Origin: Octopus vulgaris
Lineage: Eukaryota
Assembly (NCBI GenBank): GCA_951406725.2
Contig: OX597818.1
Location: 94,860,001 to 94,924,000 of the forward strand
Direction of reading: 5' to 3'
DNA length: 64,000 nt
Positions 1 to 11,899 of the stretch are shown here, one piece after another (the first letter of the stretch is position 1; each line of letters starts with the position of its first letter). The notes beneath the pieces were generated by a model, which saw nothing but the letters and a program-made list of their open reading frames with translations, did no database searches and had not been told where the DNA came from. A program made the position numbers and the translations under genes.

Positions 1-306
1 TGTACACCACATTAGTCTTTTCCATAACATCATTCTCATAATATGAGAGTTGTGATAACATAATAACCACATTTAATTATAGCTATTTATTATTTCTCCT
101 CCACAAAAATGTAGGTAAAATGGATAGTGAGAGTAAGTAGAAACTTAGTTTCTTTTATAATCCATAACTAAAATTTGTTATTTTTAATATATTGCTAGCT
201 CATGTTTCTTTCTGACTCCATCTCAATGTTATGTTTAATGTGTGGCCTATATTCCTTGCTTGATTTATCTGGAGTTGTCTAAACATTCAGTTCATATTTT
301 ATCAAT

Positions 307-720
307 TATCAAAGAAGGTAAAAGAGAGAAAATAGAAAGCTTCTGACAATGCAGAAAGTTTTATAAAACCTTTATATTTCAGGTGCAAAGGCCCATCTTC
401 AGAGGAAAAACAGTCTGGGAAATGTAGGTTCCATTTACCCATTCAAATTACCTAGCGTTATATAGCAGCAACAAACTTCCAAGTTGGAAGTTCGTTTACA
501 TCGATGCTTGGAGCATCAACTATGCCTATGTTTGGGGAGTGACTGCTGTTGCTACATTATGCTAGGGGATTTGAATGGGTTAATGGAACCTACATAACCA
601 GACATTTCCCAGATTTTTTTATTTTCTGAAGATGGGCTTTGCACCTGATATACAAAGGTTTTATAAAACTTTCCACATTGTCAAAAGCTTTCTATTTCCT
701 CTCTTTTACCTTCTTTGATA
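307..720. mobile_element. About 414-bp foldback element with ~170-bp arms, each carrying a decayed hammerhead-like motif
   Basis: tatcaaagaaggtaaaagagag... pairs with ...ctctcttttaccttctttgata. The right arm has CTGAAGA (626-632), GATA in place of GAAA (647-650), the palindrome GTTTTATAAAAC, and GTC (680-682). The left arm has the mirror copy with GAAAT. Confidence 0.7.
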
Positions 721-2297
721 TTACAATGCTTCAAGCAAGCTACAACACTTATTTATCAATTATGTTCTTTTCCTACTAACATTTTTCCTAGATACACCAT
801 ATGCTACACAATATATAGACATCTTATTGAACCTCAAGAGAGCTTCTATATAGTCACTCCAGTTCTATATAGTAGCCAGATCTTTGTTTTCAAGTTTCCA
901 CTGTCTCTAAAATATAAACCATGGATTTAAAATTTTATATCCTGTGATTACACAATCCACAATAGGATCTGCATGTGCTAGCAAAGAAGATTCTCTGTTG
1001 TTATTGTGTTCAATATAGTAGCCAAATCTCTCTTAACAAATATTCACTATTGAATTTAAAATGATGGGTCACTTAAACTAGAAAGGAACCTTATGTATAA
1101 TCACTTGACATGATCTGCATAACAACCAAGCAATTCTTCTTCAACAAACTGCTTGCCAATTGGAAGCACTTAACAGTGAATTAACTTCTTCATAGACACT
1201 TGACTTGCACAACACAGTAGCCAAGTTTCCATCTACAAACTTTATGAAATCAGAGCTTGCTTGCTTTTCATGTCCACGTTTCAAACTAGATGACCATAAC
1301 TGAAACACTAAATAAGCTGCAGCATCTGCAGGATGCTCCTAAATATTCAATTAGCTTGCCTTCTGTCAACTATAAAACTGATGAGAATTGATCTATAATA
1401 GCATTTGCAACAATTATGTTATACTTTGTATCACATTGGCTGGGATATTTCAGCTGTTACTCTATTTAGTCTCAGTCTTACCTATAAGTTCAAACTTGGC
1501 CAGCTATAAATGAAATGTTTCATGGTTAAACAGTTAATGAAATTAGTTTAGTGATGACAAGGTCATCTGTTTGAAATTTACTGCAGGCTTATCTTGACTT
1601 CTTACATGCACATTGGATATCAAAAAAATAATGGCTTTTTTTATGAAAAGTAATGATAAATATATACAATTAGATGAACTGAGGTAGAATTAAGAGGAAT
1701 AAAAGTCACTATTATGAATTATTAAAGGGATTCAAAGTCATACCGGTTTTGGTATCAGCTATCTTTTCTCTCAACTACATCCATGTAGTCACTTAGCCTC
1801 TTAACCTGCTGCTAATAGGGAACAGATTCCCTCAAATCTCCCTACCTCTTTTGGACACAAAAAACACATTGGACACTATTGCTACACATACAAAATAATA
1901 GAATGGTCAAGATTGGAAAGACTTTTGTCATAAGTTTGCTCAATTAGAGCTGGTCTAAGACTAAACAACAATCATTGTATCAGAAATCTTGGAAGTTCAG
2001 TCTTCTATGCCTATTCAATAATAGCATCAACAAAGATTTGGTTAAATAAGGTTTTGGTTTAATTTTGTTTATTCTCTTGTTTTTGTTTCTTAACCTGCAT
2101 GGATTTTTAGTTTGTTTTGAGGGGTTTAGTTTTACTAATTCCCATGAAAATTTTCACTCTAGTTTCTTTGAACAAAGTGTATCTAGCTTTTGTGTTGCCA
2201 TTGATATTAGTGGTAGGGATATAACAGTGATTTATCTCACCATTCAGATACTGGGCAAATAGAAGTAATCTCCTGAATCTTTTAAAATCAAATGATC

Positions 2298-2502
2298 CAG
2301 AGCTATCACTGATTAAATGGGTTTGTCACAATTTGAGTGGGGGCTGCTATAGATTAATTAATCATGTCATAGATTGACTGGGGCTGTCACATATTAAACT
2401 GGACTACAACAAATTAACTGGTGCTGCTACAGTTAACCAGAGATGTCACAAGTTAATGTAGACTACCACACATAAACTGAGAGCTACCACATATTAAATA
2501 TG
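2298..2502 (+). repeat. Degenerate ~20-bp minisatellite (about 10 units)
   Basis: Units such as ctggggctgtcacatattaaa, ctggactacaacaaattaa, ctggtgctgctacagttaa and ctgagagctaccacatattaa. Confidence 0.6.
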
Positions 2503-5500
2503 ACTCAGAGGCAGATAGTTGTTATAGAACTGTTATGAAAATGAAAACTGCATTTGACTGATTATAAGTTGATAGGTTTGAATCCTTGGAATATATATGG
2601 ATGAGTGGAGGTGTATATAGATAGAATAGAAACTGTGGAAATGGATTGAAGTGCAGCTAGCTGGGGCTTACAACTGAGTACCTTACCATTAATAAATGTT
2701 AATTTACAGATAAATGTATTCTCAAAGCTACAGGTTAGCTACTAACTTATTAGCAAACAACATCTGCTATTCTTAATCTCTTGTTAGAAGATTTGTTAAA
2801 ATAATATTTAGTTATCTCATACAAGTGAGTTATCAGTGGGTTATTATTAACTCTACTAAGTTCAGAAGATTGGTTGTATTCTTGGTAGAATTTGAAGAAA
2901 ATACTCATGTACTATATAAAGCATCCATTCCATTTTCATTTAAACTTGTCATGTCACTTATTTACAGCTTGGTGAGTTAGACCAGTGAAAGCTAATCATC
3001 CTTTTTTTATTATGATTGTAGCTCAAGCTAAAATAACACTCATTAATTTTGCAATGCTTTTACTTTTCACAGATGTGCTCTTAATTTACTATCCTAATGC
3101 AGACTGAGCCAGGGATAATTAAATGTCTTGTCACTTGACACAACACAGTGCTAAAAACAAGATATGAACCTCTGTCGGTCTGCAGCCAAACTGCTGCAAC
3201 CTTGTGATAACAAAATTTCTCTTTTCTGTGTTTTTACTAAGTAATTACTCAACCATATATTGTGTGATTTGGTTTACTTCACTAATATGTTTCAATTGAT
3301 AAAAGACAATCAGAGATTTTACTAACTAAAATGTGTTCATAAAATCATAAAGAAAGGCAAATAAGATAGAGGTCATAAATCACTGTACATTTACTAATAT
3401 ACAAACCATTTTAGAGAAGTTATTGTAAATCCCAGTTTTCTCTTGCTCAAGGCATGTGTTCAATTTAATGGTGTGTTTCTGCTATTGCCATGCTCTAATG
3501 TTGAATTTGGTTTCATTAAATTCTTCTGCAATAAATTCTCACTGATACCACCTTTTCGTTATTGAAACAATTTTCTATTAATTATGTCATTGAACATCAA
3601 AAAGTTACTTTTAATGAAGAAACTGGATTGGTGCAAACATAAGATTTACTCATAACCACTCAAGAGTAGGCCTTATATCATTCAAATTTGCTGATACTTT
3701 TTGTTTGTTTTTCTTTTTACTTTTTGAAAATTTCTCCTTTTATTTTGCTTGAAAAGTATCATCATTACCCATTTTAATGGTGTTTGTATAATACAGGTGG
3801 TGAACATATATGCAAAATAGAGGCCATAATCTGGAGTTTAGATAGTTGGAAGTTGGTTTATTGTGAGAAAATCGGTTCCATTGAGTGAGAGATCACTGAA
3901 TGAAGAATTTTACATGGTATTAGGTGTGGTATTTAAAGTCAAGTTGCTGACTATAGTCTTACATTTATAACTAAATCCTTAATTCTACAGATAGTTTCTT
4001 AATCCTAGTGCTTTCCCAATGAAAACTTACTTCTCTACTGCCAGTTCTTGTTTTCACTTTTTTAGGAAGACGGAGATGATGCGTCATATTTTGTTGCATA
4101 TGCATGTTAGATATGTTCTTTGTAGGCCGCTTCTTTAGAAAGAGCAGCAAGCAACCACCTCTAACTCAAATATTCAATGCAGCCAATATGTTCAATATGT
4201 TTATTTTTAATATGTGATTATTATTCTTCCTCAAGAAAGTGAAATTATTATTATTATTTTTCACTTTTTTGTGTTGATTTTAATAGTGCAGAGTATAGAC
4301 TTAGGTCTTATATACCAAAGTCACAATTACTCAAGTTAAAATTGCTTTTTGAGTTTTTGCCACTATTTTCTCTCCATGTAAACATTGGTTGAATAGTTAA
4401 TGTTTGTCTTTGTTAAAAACAGTGGTTGACATACAAATAGTCAAATTTACAATCGCATCCCACCTATATCAACTCTTCTAATAGCATGTAGAATGCTTCA
4501 TTAGGCCATGAAAAAAAGTCATTCCTTAATAGCCAAGCCTATAGCCTGGGTTTTATTTTCATTGCATTGCTAATGTCCTGCAGGAAGGGATGAACAACAC
4601 AACTATAATTTCTCTCTCATTACTCAAGTTATTCATTGATTATGTATAGTCAAATAGAAAGATATAATTGACATTTGATTTTGTTTCATGTTTATATGAA
4701 ATAAGCTTTCAAGATATTGTTAAGTAACAGATATCTTATCAATTTTCAAGGTTTATTTAAACTAACTGAAATTATAATGATGTAATAACTAGCATTTTAC
4801 AGATCTCTGTCTTGTGATACAGTTTGTAGTTATGTAAAAAGAGGTCACACTCTAGTTGTCTGCTCCTTACTGTGCAATGCTCCTATTCTGATCTGATTGA
4901 CTGAACTAAGTATTTGCAGTAAGATATGCAAGACAACAAGCAAAATAGCATGAAGTGTGTACTCTGCATTAGATCCACCCACTATCTTATTTAGTGATGG
5001 ACCATTTGATAACTATGATTTCTAATTGTGTGTGTGTGTGTGCATTAGGAGTACAGAAGAGTAATGTTACATATGATGTAATGAGTTCAAATCAGAATAA
5101 AACATATTGTAAATGTATTTATTCATTCAAAATATATTTACCATCATTATGAATAATGTTTATCCTCCTCAAAACCAGTTTTCTGATTCCTCAAGTTTAA
5201 AAAATCTGGTCTTTTAGAATAAAAAATGTTTGGATTGCTATTTTGACATTGTCTCTGCTTCTGAATGGTTTTCCACTAGTAGAGTGTTCAAGTGATCAGA
5301 ATAAGTAAAAATTCAATGGTGCTTGGTTTGGTGAGTAGGAAGAATGACGTAGAGCATCCCTGCCTAATGAATTTCTCTTTTCTTGTGTTATCTTGTTGAA
5401 CACGCTGCTTAATTTTTGAATGACAGCTCAGGAGATAGATACCCATTTCCCTTCTCTGCTCACTTTTCCAATTTGCTTGAGATGATTTTCCACAGTGGAC

Positions 5501-7574
5501 CAAGGTTTATTCTCCAGGATAAGTCCCCAATATTTTGGCATGGATCCTCCTCAGTTGCTGTTTTTACTGCATCATTATCAAAAACATTTGGTCTTCCTGA
5601 TTAGTACCCATCCATAAGAACAAAATCACTTCTTTTGAATTTGTTAAACCACCATTGGTGTTTCCAAACACTTGCACCATCAGGATATACAGTTCATATG
5701 CTTTCCTTTACACATGTTGCATTGTTGTCCTTATGAAATTTGTAAAACATACAATACCAAATAAGCACCTCACTAAAGTTCTTGTTTATGGGCTATCAGA
5801 CAGAGCATATTCAGACACAACACCTGTCTTTGTTAATATTTAGTCATTAACTCCATGCTGATCAGTTGATTGCAAGGACACCTTCCATTGGCTTGTAAAC
5901 AAATTTGTGTTACATCAGACTGTCAGCTTCTTAGTACCCTTAATATATAAGTGTCTGTGTATACAAATATATATGTGTGTGAGTGTGTAAGTATAATATC
6001 ACTATTGAGGAGAGCATTTAGATTCTCTTCTACAAATGCAACACTTGTTAAAGAAATCCACAGAATAAAACAAACTAATTAATAGATAGGTAGACTAAGC
6101 TTCTGATGAATATAAATGGAAATACAATGTAACAAATAGAGTAGACAGTGCTACTATGAAAAATACACATATTATACACAAGTGTATAGTATGAATTAGA
6201 TGCATAACAGATACAAAAAGGATGACCACATAATCAAAAATCTCATAAAGGAAAACACAAATAAATATATTACATTCAACCATGAGTTGACATGAGAAAT
6301 ATATAAAAACCAACATCCTCTACATGAATTTGATAGAGGGAAACTGTAAGGGAATTGTGTTGTGTGTGTCAGTATTCTTGGATGGTGATATCCACAGCCT
6401 CGCTTGAACAAAATGCTAAATGATGTTTACATTCTTTGTTGACATTATGACCAAATTCCCTGTACTTTCCAAGATTTTCTGACGTTAAACAGAAATCATT
6501 ATTTGAAAAGCAGTTAACAGTTGGTGAGAGAAAGAGCATCCTGCCACAAATATCATGTCACAAATATCCCCATCCAACCCATGCTAGCATGGAGTCACAG
6601 ACAACTGTTAAAAGGGTATTTATTTACATATATATACGTTACTCACACAAACACAATACATCTCTCTTTCTCTCTCACTCACTCGCTCACACACACACAC
6701 ACACCTTGATCAAGCGATTCCTATATCCCCTTGTTGATCAATGGTTAGTGAGTGAATTTGGTAAACAGAAACTGTGTGCTTATTTGTACATAGATATAGA
6801 TTTATGTTTGTGTATATATTTCTCACTTATTGTACTTCCCTTTTACCACAACAGATCTCACAATAGAGATAATACATTCCCTCTTATGTTTCTTTCTTTA
6901 CACTCTTCTTTACTTCACCATGCCACATTCCAGAATTATGATTTTGTTCATTACCCAATCTTCCATGTGAACATTCTATTTTTCTTGTTGTTTATTCTGT
7001 TTCTTATATATTTCCACTTCTCTCCATGCCATCACTATTATCCTTCATATCTCCTATTACTTCCTACAACATCCATGTACTCTATCATATTTTTTTATAG
7101 TTATGGCTTAAGTTTTATTTATTGTCAGGCTCTTCACTGATTGTCTTTCCTTTGTGTCAATATGTCATTTACTCATTCATAACCATTATTGAAAATATTA
7201 CAAGGATAGTGGATAATGGAATCAGTAAAGCAACAGATAAAAGGTCTTTTAGTATTTAATTTATGTATGTACTACCTTCACTTGAATTATACAGCCATAC
7301 CCCCACAGAAATGTGTGCATATGTTGGACTTTTTTGTTATTTCTTATTAAATTGAAAATGCCATGGATGGCAAAATTGGTATTTAGTTACATCCATTTAC
7401 ATTCTAAGGTCAAAACTTATGAAGGCAACTTTACCTTACATCCTTCAAGAGTTGATAAAATTAGGGTCAGTCAAGGACTGATGTCAGTTTAGGCAACTCT
7501 TCTCTCTCCTTCTTCTTGACTAATTTGTTTTGTGCCTGTTAGAAATTATCATTATTATGATTGATAATAATAAT

Positions 7575-7870
7575 AATGGTTTCAAACTTTGGCACAAGAT
7601 CTGCATTTTCAGGGGAGGGTTAAGTCGATTATGTTGACCCCAGTGCTCAGCTGATACTTATTTTATTGACCCTGAAAAGATGAAAGGCAAAGCCAACCTT
7701 GATGGAATTTGAACTCAGGATCTAAGGATGGCTGAAATGCTGCTAAGCATTTTGTCCAATATGCTAACAATTCTGCCAAATAATAATAATAATTTAGCCA
7801 CAAGGTCAGCAATTTTGAGGGGAGAAGGTTTAGATGCTTTATTTTATTGACCTTGAAAAGAGCATTCATA
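7575..7870 (-). mobile_element. Family A SINE copy plus a partial second copy, with (TAA)n spacers
   Basis: ttttattgaccctgaaaagatgaaaggcaaagccaacc...gaatttgaactcag...tgctaacaattctgcc is the reverse complement of the family A head. Confidence 0.7.
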
Positions 7871-8099
7871 AAGCTGAATGGCTAAATTGGTAAACCACCA
7901 AATTTTCTTATTTAAGCTCTTCAGTTCCAGTTTATGATACTGAAGCAACAAATGGTATGACCACCCCACAGTAAATGTATTTTAATTTTTTCATCTTGGA
8001 GAGAGCTTTCATACAAAGCTGTATGTTGAGTACCACTCTTCACTTCCAATTTATAAGATTGAAGCTACAGCATGTACATCTATTATCTTTGGTATTATA

Positions 8100-8310
8100 T
8101 TTCTATTGAAATATACTGTCTTTCTTTCGGTAAATTTTGAAAATAATGATGGGTTTAGTAAAATAACATTATTGTTATTGAGCTAGTGTTTTAAACATAA
8201 ATCAACATTAAATTTTGATGGAAGGTTTTAATTTAGATCACTTTAAAGCAAGAAGTTTGTATTGTAGAACAAGGGGCATTTTCAGACTGGTTGATATCAA
8301 GCAGGTTAAA
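8100..8310 (+). repeat. Interspersed repeat shared with 63225-63420; possibly a TTAA-targeting (piggyBac-like) MITE
   Basis: tttgaaaataa...tttagtaaaataac...gagctagtgttt...gaaggttttaatttagatcactttaaa recurs at about 63265-63380. ttaaccc is at 63224 and ggttaa at about 8304. Confidence 0.5.
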
Positions 8311-9029
8311 GAGTTTGCTTTGAAATACTAATCTAGTTCTTGTATTGTACTTTTCTCTATCATTTTTGTATTGTAATTTTAGCAGTTTCATTCTATGCTG
8401 CTTTCCTTTTAATTCTCAAAATTAACTGTTTGAAACTTGATTAAATGTTCTCAGTTTCAATTAATATATATCTTCAGTTTCTCTAACTGGGTGAAGTTTC
8501 TTGTAAATAGTTTTAAATCATCTACATAGAAGACTTACAGTTCATCTATATTATTTGTAATAATTTGTGGTTTGTGAATTTAGAGCTAGACATGAAGATC
8601 AGTGTGAAAGAAAAAGCACTTTCAAAACTTCCACCTCTTATTGAGATTGATCTAGTTTTTAAGGGAATTTTGTTCTTATCTTTTCTTTATCATGCAACTT
8701 ATTGGAGGTTTTCCATGTTTACACTATATCATCATCATTTAACATCTATGATCCATAGCCTTTTCCAGGACTTTGAAATGCTGCCAAATGTTTTTCAGTT
8801 CAATACATGCTCTGGTTAGAATTTTTTTTTCTGTTGTCTTCAAAAATTACTCAATTCATCAATTACTATTCTATTCATCTACATCCATACATTCCTTAAT
8901 GTACTTGTTTTCCTAAAGAATAACAAACCACTTAAAAACTGTAGTTGTCAGGACTTTATATAAAATCAGTTAGCATTCTTAAGTTATTTTGTATCATCAT
9001 CATCATTATTATTATTTATTTAGCAGTCT

Positions 9030-9750
9030 TATTTTTTATTGTGTGCTTTCACTGTACTACTGAGGGAAGCTCTGTGTGCCTTGGGTATGTGCTGTGGTTT
9101 GTGTGATGCCTTGCAGTACTATTTTCTGTATCTTTTATGTATTTGTCTGTATGCTTTTTTTCCTTTTTTATCATACTTAAAGCACCTATATTATAGGGAT
9201 TGTTTCTGTTTCCAGACTCCATATTTAGATTATCTCTATTTCCAGATCTTTGTATTTCAAGAGTTTCTCATTTCTTTTAGAGATACCGTGTTGTCTGTTG
9301 GGACAGTCCTTGACAACAATATCTTGTCAGTTAGCCTTGATCTCCATATGTGTGTATTGACATATCCCAGGCTATAGTTGCATTGTCATTTTCTGAGATC
9401 TTTTCTTGGGTATGCCTATACCATTTTTTCTTTTTTTTTTTTCTGTTGACATTTCATAGTGTTGGCATGACTTTGAGTCATGTCAGTAAATATATTCCTT
9501 CTTGTTCAAGACTGAGCTGCCAGAAATGATATGATTAACTGTTTGTTCCCCATCACCACATGTTCTACAGTTACTTATTATATTCTGCTTCATTATCTGG
9601 TTTTGGTAGTTTCTGGTAAGGAGGCTTTGATCTTATGCCACAATTAAGAAACCTTCAGTCTCTACTTTGAGTTGTGAGCTTCTCAGCCAGTGTGGGGATT
9701 TAATATTGTCTATTTCTATTTGCCATGTAAGGGTTTTCTACCCATTGTTT
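9030..9750 (-). mobile_element. 3' remnant of an RLE-type (R4/Dong-like) non-LTR retrotransposon
   Basis: Minus-strand fragments: WLRSSQLKVETEGFLIVA*DQSLLTRNY, CRTC...TVNHIISG (decayed CCHC), EYIY*HD, ENDNATIAWDMSIHT..IKAN*QDIVVKD (ANRPD-like), KLLKYKDLEIEI. Flanked by (TAA/ATT)n, the known Dong target. Confidence 0.78.
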
Positions 9751-9798
9751 TATTGTGTTATTTTGTAGTTCCAGTTTCAGCTTAGATTATTATTATTA

Positions 9799-9832
<34 letters not shown>

Positions 9833-10251
9833 ATAGAATTTAACCATTTTAATTTCATTTCTATACTTTACAATCAGGCTGTTATGCAAAAATACCCTGA
9901 ATTTTGTTCTTTTATTTATTGTAGATGTAAAAATCCTTTCTCGGGAATTTGATGAAGTTGATAAAATTTATCAGAATACATTTGAGTTATAGATTTTATT
10001 GTTCATGGAAGAATGAATGATCTTCTAAGATGGCTCTAGCTAGATTTGTGCTCAAAAATAGTACAATAATATTATTAATAATGATTTCTATTGTAAGCAC
10101 AAAGGTATAATTTTTGTTAGAGGATACAATTAATAACTGGTACATGTTTTATCAATCCTTGGAAGACTGAAAAGCAAAGCTGATTTCAACTCAGAGTTGT
10201 ACAAATGAATTCTGTCTTGCTCTACCAATTCAGTCACCTTTTGACTGCCTT

Positions 10252-10282
<31 letters not shown>

Positions 10283-10309
10283 AGACTTGATATATAATAT
10301 ATTCAGTAT

Positions 10310-10450
10310 TGGAATTGAGACTCACATTGTCAGCCTGCAGAAAAGTGCACTCCTATATTCCGCAAGAATCTTTAAAAAGATTCTTGACATCTGAGGAGAC
10401 TTGTTGTCACCAAACCTTAAGAGAACATCCCTGCTAGATAATATAGCTTG
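10310..10450 (+). mobile_element. Extreme 3' end of a second R4/Dong-like element
   Basis: Translates GIETHIVSLQKSALLYSARIFKKILDI* (LQK.ALL..A.I.R..L C-terminus) and sits next to (TAA)n. Confidence 0.55.
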
Positions 10451-11084
10451 TAATAGTTCTAATAATAGCTTTTAGAATAATGATGATGATGATGGTACCA
10501 ATGATAATTTCAATAATTTTGAGATTCCAAAAGAAATTGAAATATTTAGTGATCAGAAGTGGATAAGAAAACTAAAGAGATAGTGCAAAGAATTCATACA
10601 GAATGCCTTGCATTTTCTTTGTTATCACTTGCAGTGAGTTAGAATTTCAACCTTTCTCTTATATTGCATTTGAAATGTGTGTTATTTTTACCTGAAATCA
10701 ATGTGTGCTATAATGATTTACTATGTATATTATGTATGAGTTCTATCTGTTGTCTTATGTTGCCTTATTCCACCAATATCTGTAGCTTAGTTTAAAATAC
10801 ACTAGCTTGAAGACACGCAGCTTTTAATGTGTCCCTATCATTAAGCACCTCCTCAAAATTACCATTTAAAATTATTACAGTTTGGAATTCCATTTTCCTA
10901 TAGTTGGGAATTCCTAATTTTAATGTTTTTTCTCCCCTTTTTTTTCCTTTTCTTGACTTTGCTCGCTTTTCCTTTCTGTCTTCATCTATGTTATTTTCTA
11001 CTATTACTACTACTACTCTTCTTCCCACCACATTTTTCCATGGGTTAGTTTCGTTTTCCAAGACGAACTCTCGCTGTTCCACAG

Positions 11085-11126
11085 AGCAGGACCTTCTGAG
11101 CAGACAATGCTGGTTAGGAACATCAG
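11085..11126 (+). CDS. Candidate 42-nt phase 1-1 linker cassette exon: (E)QDLLSRQCWLGTS(G). An upstream acceptor at 11063 would extend it in the same frame.
   Basis: GC-richer island after about 120 nt of pyrimidine-rich sequence. Acceptor gctgttccacag|, donor cag|gtaggt, open in phase 1. No homology recognised. Confidence 0.45.
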
Positions 11127-11754
11127 GTAGGTAAATTCTGTGAACATATATGCATGTATGTGTGTGTGTATCCATATATATGTATGTGCATATATTTATA
11201 TGTACATATATATATGTGTGTGTGTATATAGATATATATACACACATATATACACACACATGCACACATGTATATATAGAGAGAAACATAGATATTTATA
11301 CAGACATACTCATGCACACTAACCAGTGCATTATGTGCATGTGTATATCTCTGTAAATATTTATACAAACTTACTAATAGTACTGCTGCTGCTGTTGTTG
11401 CTGCTGCTGCTGTTTTGCTACCATTATTATGATCTTGGTTCAAGTTTGACATGGTAGAATTGAGTAGTTTGAAAAGAAACTGCAAGCCTTGGTTCTCAAT
11501 CTAGATTCTTTTGCTGATTGTTCTGTCACATTACTAACAATATATATGATGTCAACATACTTATTCATCCTTTCTTACATATAGTTAGCTGGTATTAAAC
11601 AGGGTTTGGAACAACATATTTTTCTCAGGTTGTGCCAACAATCTTCCAGAGTAGAAATTTGTTTTGTTTTTTTTTAAATTGTGGCTTTTAAGGCTGAATA
11701 TAGATGTAGATGCAAATGAGATATTTGAAAAATAATCAAAAGTGAATGAAAGAT

Positions 11755-11849
11755 ACCCACCAGATATCTACTTTTGGGGTACATTCATATATATATATAT
11801 ATATATATAAATGAATGAAAATACCCCAAAAGTCAATATCTGGTAGGTG

Positions 11850-11853
<4 letters not shown>
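11755..11853. repeat. Short inverted repeat bracketing a (TA)n tract
   Basis: cccaccagatatctacttttggggtacattcat ... atgaatgaaaataccccaaaagtcaatatctggtagg. Confidence 0.7.

Positions 11854-11899
<46 letters not shown>

Noticed and set aside
3797-4220. Several AG acceptors with short open phase-1 frames (3797, 4066, 4126)
   Set aside because: Polypyrimidine tracts are weak or donors are unconvincing, so they cannot be distinguished from background.
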